Below, piece after piece: positions 26,228 through 38,815 of a DNA stretch of 64,000 bases; within the stretch, counting starts at the first letter, position 1, and each line of letters begins with the position of its first letter. The stretch comes from Antechinus flavipes (lineage: Eukaryota). Both the position numbers and the translations under genes were made by a program. The notes under the pieces were generated by a model. It made no database searches. It saw only the letters and a program-made list of their open reading frames with translations, and was not told where the DNA came from. The stretch is from assembly GCF_016432865.1 (NCBI RefSeq), contig NC_067403.1:245520001-245584000 (forward strand), written 5' to 3'.

Positions 26228-26710
26228 AACTCTTTTTTTGTGGTAGCGAAGAACTGTGAAATGAGTACATGCTCATCAATTGGGAAATGTCCATTGATCA
26301 AATTGTGGCAAATGAAGGAAATGGAATATTATTGTTCTATGAACAATGATAAGAATTTTAGAAGGTATGGAAAGATTTACATGAACTGATGCTGAGTTAA
26401 ACAAGTAGAACCAGGAATACATTGTATATAATAAATATACACAAGAAAATGTGATGATCAACTATGAAAAACTTTGTTTCAGTGATCCAAAGAAATCCCA
26501 ATGTACTTTGGACAGAAAATGCCATCTGCATCCAGAAAAAGAACTAAGGGGACTGAATGTGAATCAACACATGCTAAACACTTTTTTTTTTAAAATCTCT
26601 CCCATGGTTTTTCCCATTTGCTCTGATTTTTGATTTTTCTTTCTCAATATGATTCATAAAGCAATGTATATTAAAATTAAATAAAATTTTATAAAAAAGC
26701 AAACAAAAAA
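26228..26710 (+). mobile_element. 5'-truncated L1 3' fragment
   Basis: tttttgtggtagcgaagaactg, catcaattgggaaatg, atgaactgatgctgag and an A-rich tail. Absent at the homologous site near 42100 and 61070. Confidence 0.8.
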
Positions 26711-27166
26711 AGACAAGCTTTAGAAATGTGCTTAAAACCATAAGATTTTTATTTTGTTAAATTATCTAATGATAATCTAGTTTCATTTAAACCCCCAGTG
26801 TTAGGACCTGAAATGTAAATGTCATTTTCCATACTTCAATTAGTCAATAACTATTTTATGAAGCACCAATATATGACATAACTGCCCCAAAATGATATAG
26901 AATTATAAATATTTAGATTTATTATGATTAAAATGCCATCAATTGAATTTTAATATAGGAATAGATGGAACAAAAATACGGTATATAGAAGAATCTTAGC
27001 CAATAGAAAGAATTATGTCAAAAGCATACATATTAAAATTAGAATCATGAAGATTGAAACTTTTAGAAGCTGTTGCTCTAAGTTTTTGATGCTTAAAATT
27101 CTGTCCCATTGTTAACATTTGTCAAAGTTGGTTAGAGCACTGTAAGCTGGTGATTCTGGGATCTAC

Positions 27167-28130
27167 TTTTTTTTTAATTTAATATTTTATTTTCCTCAGT
27201 TACATGTAAAACAATATTTAACATTTTTTTTTAACATTTGGAGTTCTAGATTCTCTCTCCAACCCCCACCCCATGCATTGAGAAGGCACAAATAAATTAT
27301 GCAAAACATTTTCATAAAAGTCATATTACAAAAGAAAACATAATTCTCCCCTCATCTTCACCCCCAAAAAGATGCTCAAGAAACATAAAGGAGTTAAAAA
27401 AAAAAAGATTCAGTCTACATTCAGACACAATTATTCTCTATTTGGGTATGGATGGCATTTTTCATCATAAGTCCTTTAAAGGTGTCCTGAGTCACAGTAT
27501 TGCTGATAATAGCAAAATCATTCACAGCAGATCATCCGATGACATTGCTGTTACTTTGTACACAATGCATTTCACTTTGCATGAACTCATGGGGGATTTT
27601 TGAGGATTTTTTTTTTTCTGAGAGGAGCTTTCTCATTATTTTTCATAGGATAATAGTATTCCTTAATAATCACATACCATAATTTTTCAGTTATTCCCCA
27701 GCCTATGAGCATGCTCTCAATGTCCAACTCTTTATCCCAGAATAAAGAGCTACACTAAATATTTTTATACATATAGGTCCCTTTACTTTTTAAAAATCTC
27801 TTTTAGGATACATGCCTAGCAATAGAATTGCTAGGTCAAAAGGCATAAATGTAGCCCTTTGGGTATAGTTCCAAACTGCTCTATAGAATGGTTTAAATCA
27901 CTTCACAATTCCATCAAAGTACCAATGTCTCATTTTCCTCACATTCCCTCCAACATTTGTCATTCTCCCCTTTTGGCCCATCAACCAATAAAATAGGTAT
28001 GAGATAGTACCTCAGAATGGCCTCTTTTCACATCTCTCCAATTAATAATAATTAGAGTAGTTTTTCATAAGGCTATAAATACCTTGATTAGTTCATCTGA
28101 AAAGTTTGTATCTTTTGATCACATACCTAC
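27167..28130 (-). mobile_element. 5'-truncated L1 3' fragment, antisense
   Basis: Poly-T start at 27167, then antisense L1 3'UTR and ORF2 end (gggtatagttccaaactgctct, ttccctccaacattt). Absent from homologous sites near 42530 and 61530. Confidence 0.8.
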
Positions 28131-29213
28131 TGGATACTCTTAACACTGAAAATGCAGACTTTTGGATATACCAAAGAGTATGAAGCAAAACTGAGCTGAT
28201 TTAACATCATCTTCAGCAGATGCAGATGTGAAAAGTAAGTGTATTTCTTATTTGAAGATCACACATAAATAACATTTCTGAAGCTTTCTATTTGTTACAG
28301 ATAAAAAGACAGATATGCTGATGGTCACTAAATTATAAGTCACATTGAATTTTTTTTTTGAAAATGACCCAATTTTGTCAATTTCTTAAAGCAATTACTG
28401 CAGAATAGGATTGTTTCCATGGCATTTGAAGGAACTGGCAAAATGCATTATCTGTAAATAGTTATTTATCTTCTATTGAAGAGAGGAAGAAGAAATGAAA
28501 AGATTATAAGCCCTATTTATTGAGGTATGTAAAAAAGAAGAGAGAGATTTAAAAAAAATTCCCTTCTTCTCAATTGTATTTTTTTTCTTTTAATTCTGAG
28601 ACTGGTTATTTAAAATACTATTTCATACATATGTATAAGCAACAAGAAAACTTTCAAATTACTTTCATCTTGCTGTCATCTCAGAAGATTCAGATTATGT
28701 TCTATAACATCAAGATCTGAGGTTATTTCCTTCAGAACTTGATATCTATAGAAACTTTTGGTGTTCCTGGATGAGAAGATATGAAGTGAATTACCTAAGA
28801 AGGAAATATCTCTCTTTATTCTATAATTTTTCTTATTTTTTTTTCCTTAGGCCACTCTGGTTTTTATGCAGCATATCTTAATATTAAGAATAAAAAAATA
28901 CACATAAGTTTTTGTAGTTTTATTTGTATTTTCATTAGGAACTTATTTTTTTTTAAATACCAAATTATAAATTTTAATTGACCAATATCATAGGCATTTC
29001 ATGTAAGTATAGAAAGAATAAATCATAAGTATGATTTAATACTAATGTTAGTTGATAGAACAATAATTTCTGTTATATATTGTAGTTCATGATAGCATCA
29101 TAAAATATATTTGATACACGTACTTTTTATTTTTCATGTTACTGGAAAAATTAAATAATATAAATAAATAATAAAATTAATTAATTATTAAATATATCAA
29201 TTTTTTTGCTCAG

Positions 29214-29283
29214 GTTCAACTACATCATATAGACAGCAAAGAAATCTATAGCTGGTACAGACACTAGGGAGAGATTATGAGAA
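29214..29283 (+). other. Candidate 70-nt internal 5'UTR exon (paralogs at 16377-16446, 43968-44037, 63128-63198)
   Basis: tttttttgctcag|G...GAA|GTAAGG. Same length (70, 70, 70, 71 nt) and both boundaries are seen in all four OR8K copies; the OR2 copy has a GC donor. Confidence 0.45.
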
Positions 29284-29417
29284 GTAAGGAAACCTTTGCT
29301 GAATTCCTTGATGCCCCATTGAATGGAAAGAGGTAATTGTAATTATCTTACACATTGAATATCTCATCATTGGTGTATAATAGATTCAAAAACTATATTG
29401 CAGACTGTTTTCCCTGG

Positions 29418-30377
29418 ATGGAAGAAATGGATAAGTGGAATAAAACTACATCAATTCAAGTAACTGAATTCATTCTCATGGGCATCACAGATCGTCCTGA
29501 CCTGCAGATCCCGCTTTTCTTTGTTTTCCTCATCAACTATCTGGCCATAGTTTTTGGGAACCTGGGCTTGATAATATTGACCAATATTGATTCTCACCTG
29601 AAAACGCCCATGTACTTTTTCCTCAGGAATCTGGCATTTATTGATCTTGGATACTCCACAGCCATTGGGCCTAAAATGTTGGCTAATTTTGTAGTGGAAG
29701 AAAATGTCATATCTTATACTGAATGTGCAATCCAGCTAGTTATTTTTGTAACATTAATAATAAGTGAACTTTTTATATTATCAGTGATGGCCTATGACCG
29801 CTATGTAGCCATCTGTAATCCACTCCTTTATATGGTCATCATGTCAGACAGAATGTGCTACCTCTTAGTGGCCATCCCATATCTCTACAGTACCTTTGTA
29901 GCACTGCTAGTTACAATTATGATTTTTAATTCATCGTTTTGGAAATCTAACATAATTCGTCATTTCTACTGTGATAGTCTCCCTCTCTTAAATATATTAT
30001 CCAGTGATACAAAAGATATAGCATTAATCATACTGAGCCTTTCTGCTTTTAATTTGGTTTTCTCCCTCTTGGTTGTTCTTGTTTCATACGGACTGATTCT
30101 TATGGCTATCCTCAGGATGAAATCTGCTGAAGGTAGACACAAAGCCTTCTCCACCTGTGGCTCCCATCTCACAGTGGTGGTTGTATTCTATGGGACACTT
30201 CTTTTCATGTACCTGCAGCCTCATTCTAGTCATTCATTTGATACAGATAAGATGGCTTCAGTCTTTTATACCCTAGTCATTCCCATGCTTAACCCTTTGA
30301 TTTATAGTTTGAGAAATAAGGAGGTAAAAGGTGCCTTGAAAAGAGCATTAGAAAGTCAATGCAAATGTCTTACTTGA
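29418..30377 (+). CDS. Olfactory receptor, OR8K-like, intact (OR3). Start ATG 29418 (MEEMDKWNKTT)
   Basis: Close paralog of OR2 with the same motifs and an NKT sequon. The ORF-track extension to 29355 uses a TTG start and is not credible. Confidence 0.95.
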   Translation: MEEMDKWNKTTSIQVTEFILMGITDRPDLQIPLFFVFLINYLAIVFGNLGLIILTNIDSHLKTPMYFFLRNLAFIDLGYSTAIGPKMLANFVVEENVISYTECAIQLVIFVTLIISELFILSVMAYDRYVAICNPLLYMVIMSDRMCYLLVAIPYLYSTFVALLVTIMIFNSSFWKSNIIRHFYCDSLPLLNILSSDTKDIALIILSLSAFNLVFSLLVVLVSYGLILMAILRMKSAEGRHKAFSTCGSHLTVVVVFYGTLLFMYLQPHSSHSFDTDKMASVFYTLVIPMLNPLIYSLRNKEVKGALKRALESQCKCLT

Positions 30378-31739
30378 GGTGCCATAGACAATGAGATCCT
30401 AATTGGTTATTAGATATAAATACCAAACCTGTAATATTTACATGACAGGTGTTATCAGATTTTCTAGAAGAAGTAATTTTATCTTGTAGAGATTAAAGCA
30501 TATACCCTTAGCCAAATATTTTTTAGTGGCAGGGGATAGATGGAAATCCACCTCCTTCTTATTCAAAATATCAGACCCTATGTATTATGCTTTGTTACTA
30601 TTTACTGGATTTATCTTTCTCCTCTATTTTCTCGCCACATTTTTTTCCAAGTAGTTAAACTTTACTTCATGTGGTCTGAAGCAACTTCCTCACTCTAATA
30701 GAACAATGATGTTCCTTAGCTGTCTTCTTTTGTCCCATCTTGATATGTTGTATCTCAGATTGAATTGCCGTAAGGTAAATTATTTTTATTCATTTTAAAC
30801 TCTGGGATTTATTAAATTATAATAATAATTTTATTATTAATATAATAATTAAATAATTATTATTTATTTCCAAATGATCAATACATGGTCCCTTGAGCTT
30901 AGGGATGATGGTGCATCACTACTGTTCATCATAGTGTATTGCATAAACTAGAACTTTAGTAGCTGCTGATTGAATTAAACTGATCTGAACTGGATAGGAT
31001 TAAGTTGAATTGGGTGAAATATTCAATGGGAAAGATATTAAGCTAAAGCAGGGGCTCTTTGTGATTGTACATGGTCCATGAAGGAAAATAAAAATAGTGA
31101 ACCTTTATTTTCACTAAATTTGGCCTCTTTGTTTATCATACACATTTATTTTACTCTTTATTTATTTTTCTTCTAAATGATACATGAGATTTAGCAGAGT
31201 GTCAAAGGTGAACATGACCCTTTCCCCCTAAAAATTAAGTATCTGAGTTAATACATTAGCATTAATATGTTTAAAATCTTTTCTATAGGCAATATCTTAT
31301 TATTAAAGTCAATATGAATAGTTTCACATTAAACTGCTATTATTATTAATATTATCAAAATGTTATTAAAATTCATTGGAGTTTTGGAAATCATTTGGTG
31401 ACTGACATTACAGTTTTAAAATCGAGCTTAGTCTTTTGGACCTTATGAACAAGGAATTCTCCTGCCATCTAATGTCAATCTTCCTATATAGCAAGAAGAA
31501 TTTTAGATATTTATAACCCCAAAGATTAATGAACAAGAAATATAAAGGTGTGTGCTGGCATTAAATCTCATAGGCATGTGACTTTCCCTTGTTAAATTTT
31601 CTGTATAAGAATTTACGCACCATTGCAAATAATTTGAAAAAATCACTATAAATTAAATGTTATTTTTTATATCTAGAAAGTATAAATAATGTGGATTAAA
31701 ATGAAAAGTTTTGTGCCCTTTTTTTCTTCTTCTGGATAC

Positions 31740-34700
31740 CTGTATTTTTAAACATGTATATACTCACCTTAGAAAAACTACAAAGTAGATGAGAATGTAA
31801 TAACATTCTGAGAGGTGTATTAAAATTTCATTTAATAATTTTTGTTGGATTATTTAAATAAAATTACCAATTTGGCAAAAACAAAAGGGAGAGACAGAAA
31901 AATACTAGATAAAATAGCACCTAAAACTTGGAAGACCAAGATAACAGAAGAAAAGAAACAATCCAACTGAAGTCTCTCAATATTACACTTCCTTCAATTA
32001 AAAAAAAAAAATCCTCAAAACAAATATTGTTATAACAGATACCAAAAAAAAAAAAAAAGAAAAAAAGAAAACGAAAAAGAAAGAAAAGAAAAAAAAAAAT
32101 CAGATTGATATGATTTTCCAGGCAAAGGCAATTTAGGAGGTCTATAAGAGATGTCTGTGCAATGGAGGTAGGATTGGTTCAGAATTTTACAATAGCAGTT
32201 TTAGATCTTGTCACCGATTGGCAATTGTAATGCTCATAGTCTTGTGCCACAGTTCCATTTTAATGTCCTGACCCAGTTTCCCTAATTGTCCTATTCAGCT
32301 ACTCTGCCTCAGGTTATAGCCAATCCCTCTTAATGTTAGGATAAAGGTCTTATATCTTAGACCTTAGGCTATAATTATTCCCTCTTAATGTTTGATAGGA
32401 TAAAGGTCTTTATCCATTTTAGATATCATTAGAACATCAGGAACCTCTCTAGTACCTCCCATTGTCATCCTAGATGCCTCCCCCCATTAAGTCATCCCCA
32501 TCCAGGTACCTCCTCCATTATGTCTGACATTCACAGCTGGATTCTTGGAGACAATAGTCTCATTCAGCTCTGGGACCAAACCATGGATCCATTTGGTCCC
32601 ATTTAATAAATTATTAAATTGTTCTCTAATCTCTGTCTTGCTCAGTTTCTCCAGCATTACAGTAGCAATTCTGGATCATAGTTCCAGAGCAAACAGAAGA
32701 TCTTGTGGTTGGTCAGAAGGGAGTAAGGGGTCTAGTCACATATCTATTGTAAAGAAGAACACTTGTCCTCACTGTTGCAGAAGAAGAAAGGATCTGGTCC
32801 TAGTTTCAAAGCCAGGAGAAAAGTGAATATTTATGACTGCATATATGTAGGGACTCTTATTGGATGAAGAGAAGATCACAAACAGGAAAGCAGAGATTAT
32901 ATCTCTCCATGATTCATACTAGATCCAAATGACTGAAAACATGCAGTCTCACATAACTATCTCTAAAAATAGAAAAAAAAATTGAAGTTTTGGAAAGTGT
33001 CTCCCCATGCACAGAAAAATTTAAGATTAAGTTGTAAATCAAGAGAAAAACAGGAGGGAAATTGAGCATACAACAAAAACACAACTTGACCATAAGAAGC
33101 TATTATAAAAAGACATAAATTCAGGGGAAGAAAGCAATGTGAAAACAGCTACAAGTAAAGGCTAAAGGAAAAAAAAAAAAAACTAGTGAATTAATTCAAA
33201 GCAAAAAAGAATTACAAGAAAAGTTAAAGAAAGCTTAGGAAGATGAGTTTTAATATGATATTTTGGAAGGCAAAGATTCCAATAAAAAGTAACCTACTTA
33301 GTAAAACTTACTATAATTCTGAAGTAATGAAGTAATCTCCCAATTTAGGGTCACCAAAATGATGAGATTAATCAATAAAATGAAGTGATATGGGGAGTGA
33401 TACACCCAAAGTGTGTTGGAGATATGTACCATTGTCATGGATTGTCAGAAAAGAATTTGTAGGTTTCAACTTTTTACAAATCAAGAGGGAAAGAATTATT
33501 ATTCTATGAATATGAACAGTAGAGCAAATCAATAAGTGTTTTTAGCAAGGAAAAGGTGTTCCCTAGTCAAATTCACAATGAAGGGAATGAGGGGAAGATG
33601 GCATTAAAATGTAGCAAGTGGGGATTATGCTATTGATTGAAAGGCTAAACCTAAAAGGGATTTAGTGCCCTAAAAAGAGTTATCAGGGGTCTACATTATG
33701 AACCAGGCTTTCAGGAGTTGACATCATAACTTGGCATTCTGATTGAATATGGTAATTATGGGGTTATAACATTTTTGTCATTACAAAGATTTCAACTAAG
33801 AATTCCACCATAGACATCCTCCTTGGATGGAGCTGTAATAAAGATCCATTTGAACAAAAGGTATAATCAAAACCAAATGTCTTCTTAATATCCTGTCTAT
33901 TTTCCTTCATGCTTATCTCAAAGAGCAATTAGGCTTCCAGATTGTCCATATTAATTCAGGTGTCCTCTGTGAATACCCAGGATTTCATCAATCCCTCAGG
34001 AGAAAAAAAAAAGTAATAATTAAATCAATGACTTTTATGCCTCATAAAAAGGCTAAAACTTGATAGAAAATTTGATATAAAAACCAAGTAAAAATTAGAA
34101 AGATAAACATGAAAATAATTTAAAGATACACCATAAATTTAAAATTGTTTACATTTTTTATATAGCAAAATAATAAATGTAACCCTTAAGATTTTTTTTC
34201 ATTATTAGGACACTTAGAAGTCTATATTTACAAAAGATATGAGGATAAGGCTGTTATCTTGGAGTGATCTGAAAATATTGGAGGAAGAAAGAAGGATGCA
34301 CTGGGAGAAATTGGAGTCAACAGTTATTATGAGGAATTTTTCTTCCTTATAAAAGTTGTGAAAGGAAAAGCTTTAATAATAGAGGGGAAAATGAGCATAC
34401 AACAAAAACACAACTTGACCATAAGAAGCTATTATAAAAAGACATAAATTCAGGGGAAGAAAGCAATGTGAAAATAGCTACAAGTAAAGGCTAAAGGAAA
34501 AAAAAAAAACTAGTAAATTAATTCACTATGCACTATATGAACAGTAGAGTAGGGTGCAGTGGCTATATAGTGGTTGAAACTCATTTTCACTAGAATTAGT
34601 TCATAGAGGCAAGATCTTATACACCCTCAACTAAGTTTAGAATTGGGAAAGAGTAGAGGAAAGGGATAAGAGAAATGTCAAGGAATATAAAAAGGAAGAA

Positions 34701-35420
34701 AGATTAAGGGATAGTGTAAGAATTGTTTCTTTAAGGAGGAAAAGGATAAAGAAAGAGAAGTATAAATAGAAGACCATACAGTCAGTAATCATAAATGTGA
34801 ATGTAAATGGAATGGACTCATCTCTAAAAGAGAAGCAGAAAGCAGAATGGATTGAAAACTCAAATCAAAAAATATGTTGTTTATAAGAGACATACATGAA
34901 ACAGAAAGTCATACTCAAAGTTAAAATAAAACATTGGTGTAGAATCTATTTTGGTTCAGCTAAAGCAAAAAAAAAAAAAGCAGGGGTAAATCAAGAGATA
35001 AAGGAAAAGGAAAAAAAAAATCATATTAGAGAAGTGAATATTGAAATGATTCTGAGATACTCCTTTATACATACCAGAAATGATAAGTTCTGAAGGGGAT
35101 GAATACATACATACATACATATATATACATATGCACATGAATACATACACATATATATGTATACATAAAGACTTATATATTATAAGCAAAAGATGTTTCA
35201 GAGGGGAAAATGACAAAATGCAAAATGAAGTGAGAAAAATTGGGAGATCATATTGATCATAGCAGTAATCTTTTAATCATGAAAGACTCTGATGCTATTA
35301 ACCTCCAGAATGATAATTAAAAGTTATGAGCATAAACTAAATAATGATTTTGTATCTTGATTTATTTCTCTTATTTTTTGGTTAAATTGTTAAAATGAAA
35401 ATGTTTCACATCATTTCATG
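31740..35420 (+). mobile_element. Paralogous copy of the old L1 remnant, interrupted by LTR and other insertions
   Basis: Colinear with 19580-22530 (for example 32680-33280 vs 20020-20640, and 34030-35030 vs 20690-21600). Confidence 0.7.
32226..32661 (+). mobile_element. ERV solo LTR
   Basis: TGTAAT...ATTACA inverted termini and AATAAA at 32605-32610. Absent at the homologous site ~20015-20030. Confidence 0.85.
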
Positions 35421-35632
35421 TGGACAATTCATATAATTTTGATTAAGTCCACAAGGCTAATGAAGGTAGTCTTTTTTTTTTTTTTAAGAGCAACTGGTTT
35501 GTTTATGATTCAGCCAAATGGATCACCCACTGGGGTCCTTGAGAACTTCCAAAGACACTGCTTATCCCATATTCTAACAGGGTTTCTTATTTTTTTTTCC
35601 ATTTGTGATTCCTTTTTGCCCAAGAAATTTTT

Positions 35633-36059
35633 ATGCCATTGTGCCACAGTTCTCTTTTAACATCCTGACCCAATTTCCCTAATTGTCATATTCAGTTATT
35701 CTGCCTCAGATTATAATCATTCCCTCTTAATGTTTGATGGAATAAAGGTCTTTATCCATTTTAGATATCATTAGAATATAGGGAGCCTGTCCAATACCAC
35801 CCATTATGTCATTCTCACCCTAAGTGCCTCCCTCCATTAGGTCACCCCTATCCAGGTACCTCCTCCATTATGTCATTATTTTTGTTACCTTATAAAAGAA
35901 TCTTGTATCTGACATTTGCTGCTGGATTCTTGGAGACAATAGTCTCATTCAGCCCTGGGACCAAACCATGAATCCATTTGGTCCCAGTAAATCTCTGTCA
36001 TTTTATAAATTATTAAATACTCTCTAATCTCTATCTTGTTCAATTTCTCCAGCATTACA
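35633..36059 (+). mobile_element. ERV solo LTR, same family as 32226-32661
   Basis: High similarity to 32235-32661 (gtgccacagttc...ccagcattaca) with a TATA-like tataaaag at 35891. Empty site at ~56205-56220. Confidence 0.85.
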
Positions 36060-36099
36060 ATGCAACCCCAGGTATCTAAAATAGATACACAAATTAAAC

Positions 36100-37300
36100 A
36101 TTTACTGATAAATCATAATTTCACAATCCCCTCATTTAATAAAACAACACCCCCTGAGGTTGTGACATAGTTTAAAAAGTTTTGTGCTAGTCTCTCAATA
36201 TTCTTCTTTAGTCATAAGTATTAAAAGTGACATCTCAGTCACCAAGACGGCAGTCCCTCAAGTTGGGCTGTAGATCATGCCAGATTGTTACCTCATTGCC
36301 CTAAATGATAATTATACCTCCTGTACCATCAACTCCATAATAGGAATATATGGAGAAACTGAGAGTCTTGCCATAGTTTGTTCTTGGGTTTCAGGAAGAG
36401 ACCTATTGTGGTGTCTTTCTTATTAACAGTCCAAGGACTATTGATTTCCTCTTTGAGGAAGACAATTATGATGAAAAAGAGAGTAGGTAGTCTTACAATC
36501 TGAATACCTGCAGAATGACTTTATTGAATTTCCCAAGTCTGTGGGCTACAGCTATATTTTGCTATGTAAAGACTAATCAAACCATTAGATAGAATCCTTT
36601 CCAATGGAATATTCCACAACAAACATAGCATCAAGGTGACTGATCAAGGAAATAATCTCAAAACTTGTCCTGTCATATACTTCTAAATGAAACTGAGGGC
36701 CACACTTTACAATTGTAATAACTAATCAATTTTTCAAGTGCTTTGGGTTAATGCTGAACTTTCATACCCCTTTATGTCAACAATCATTAGTGCAGTCAGG
36801 TGCCTAATTTAAGGGAATTAAAATCCTTTTGGGAAATCTATGTCAGGACACACAGCTAAAAGGGCCTGATATTCCCCTTTCTGTTGTTCTGCTATAGAAA
36901 TTTAATAGGAAGAATTTTGGATTGCTAACTTTTGAAATTCTATTTGGTAGGCCACTTACCAGTTTTCTATGGCTAGATACTGAGAATATAAGACTGCCAA
37001 ATAGGACAAAAGCCAACTAAAATATGATCTCTCTGTCTAATTCTCTTTTAAAGGTCTATGATTAAGCTCTGATATAAACTCTGCCTTTCAAAGCAGCTCT
37101 AGATCCATTAGAGACAAAAGTCTACATGTAGAATTGCAATTTCAAGAAGACAGTCTCAAGACATCCTATAAAAGATATTTTCCTACTGACAAGTCATACT
37201 GTCATTAAGGCTATTGAATAGATGAGTTGGATAGAATACTCCCATATAAAGCCTACATGAGCATTACTAATAAGATATATCTTGAGACTACAAAACTATA
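36100..37300 (+). mobile_element. Decayed class I (gamma-like) ERV pol/integrase remnant
   Basis: FEILFGRP at 36931-36954; gaatacctgcagaatgactttattgaa (EYLQ.DFIE-like integrase core); gagggccacactttaca (GPHFT-like). Confidence 0.7.
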
Positions 37301-37310
37301 AGAACAGATT

Positions 37311-38275
37311 TTTTTTTTTAGGTTTATGTTTTTATTAAAATGCAAATAGTTGGAAGCTTTTTGTTACATAATGTTACATAATGAAATATCTACTTTTTTC
37401 ATTTTTTATTAAATTTTTTTTAAACATATGCATGGATAATTTTTCAGCACTGACCCTTACAAAAACCTTGTGTTTCAAATTTCCCAAACTTCCACTCACC
37501 CTGTCCCCTAGGTATCAAGTATTACAATATATTTTAAACATGTTAAAAATATGTGTTAAATCTAATATATGTATACATATTTATTTTGCTGCAAAAGAAA
37601 ATCAGATGAAAAAGAGTAATAAAACAAAATGTAAGCAAACAAACAAAAAAAAGAGTGAAAATGTTGTGATGTGATCTGCACTCAATTCCCACAGTCCTCT
37701 CAGTGGGTGTAGATGGCTCTCTTCAACACAAGTTCATTAAAACTGGTTTCAATTATCTCATTGTTGAAAAGAGTCACTTACATCAGTCTTGATCATTGTA
37801 TAATCTTCTTATTACCATGCACAACGATCTCCTGGTTCTGCTCATTTCACTTAGGATCAGTTTATGTAAGTCTTTCCAAGCCTCTTTGAAATCATCCTGC
37901 TGATTGTTTTTTTTTTTTTTTGTTTTGTTTTCTTTTTTTTTAAATCGAATAACAGTATTCCATAACATTGATATACAATAGCTTATTCAATCATTCTCAA
38001 ACTGATGAGCATCTCTTCAGTTTCCAGTTTCTTGCCACTACAAAAAGGGCTGCCACAAACATTTTTGCACATGTGAGTTGCTTTCCCTCCTTTATGATAT
38101 CTTTGGGATATAAACTCAGTAGAAATACTGTTGGATCAAAGAATATGTGCATTTTAGTAGGTGTTTGGGCCTAGTTACAAATTGTTCTCCAGAGTGTTGG
38201 ATCAGTTCACAACTTCAACAATGTATTAGTGTCCCAGTTTTCCCACATCCCCTCCAACTTTCATTATTATCTTTT
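37311..38275 (-). mobile_element. 5'-truncated L1, antisense, specific to the OR4 unit
   Basis: Poly-T plus antisense L1 3' text, flanked by gaacagatt and gaacaatt. The empty site tgaacagattcttaattcac is seen at ~57438-57458. Confidence 0.88.
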
Positions 38276-38544
38276 GAACAAATTCTTAATTCACAAATAT
38301 TAATTCACTAAATGATGGAAAATTTAAAAAAAACAAAAAACAAGATAGGAGAGGTATTTTATTAAGTAAGGGGAAATGAGAACAGCAGTGGGAATAAATA
38401 AGGAATATTCAGCATATGAACAGTTATAACAGGAACTTGAGAAAGGCCCATTGGGTCAAAGTTATACTAAGCATTAAGTACAATTTTTAACCATCTTCCA
38501 TGAGAAAAAGATATTTATTCCAGTAATAACTAATTTTAAACCTC

Positions 38545-38815
38545 TTTTCATATATTTACTTGGAGACCAGGATGACATGGAAAGAGAATTCAGTAATGAG
38601 TCCCTAATGTACCTTTATTCCCCTGGAGAAAGGTCCATATAATAGAGATTCTGTTTTTTTTTTTTTTTTCTCTTAATTATATGAAGATGAAGACACTGTA
38701 TCATTTATTATTTAGAAGAAGCTACCCAATTCTTCAGGAACAAGCAAAAACTTTAGCAAGATTACTGGGATTAGGGCAAATGAGCATAAGGCACATTTCT
38801 CCTCTACAGGTATGT
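38545..38815 (+). promoter_or_regulatory. OR promoter / exon-1-like module (copy upstream of the OR8J remnant and OR4)
   Basis: TAATGAgTCCCT (38594), CCCCTGGAGA (38620-38629), and donor CAG|GTATGT at 38809/38810. Confidence 0.55.

Larger units (their letters stand above)
29418..35300 (+). repeat. Duplication of the OR2 CDS plus 3' flank (16588-~22300)
   Basis: Shared 3' flank landmarks: aatgagatc.taatt, taaattatttttattcattttaaactc, gccatcta.tgtca.tcttcctatatagcaagaaga, and the old L1. Confidence 0.88.

Noticed and set aside
32226-36059. Possible full provirus bounded by two same-family LTRs
   Set aside because: The intervening sequence is the old L1 remnant colinear with the LTR-free paralog, and each LTR has its own empty site elsewhere.
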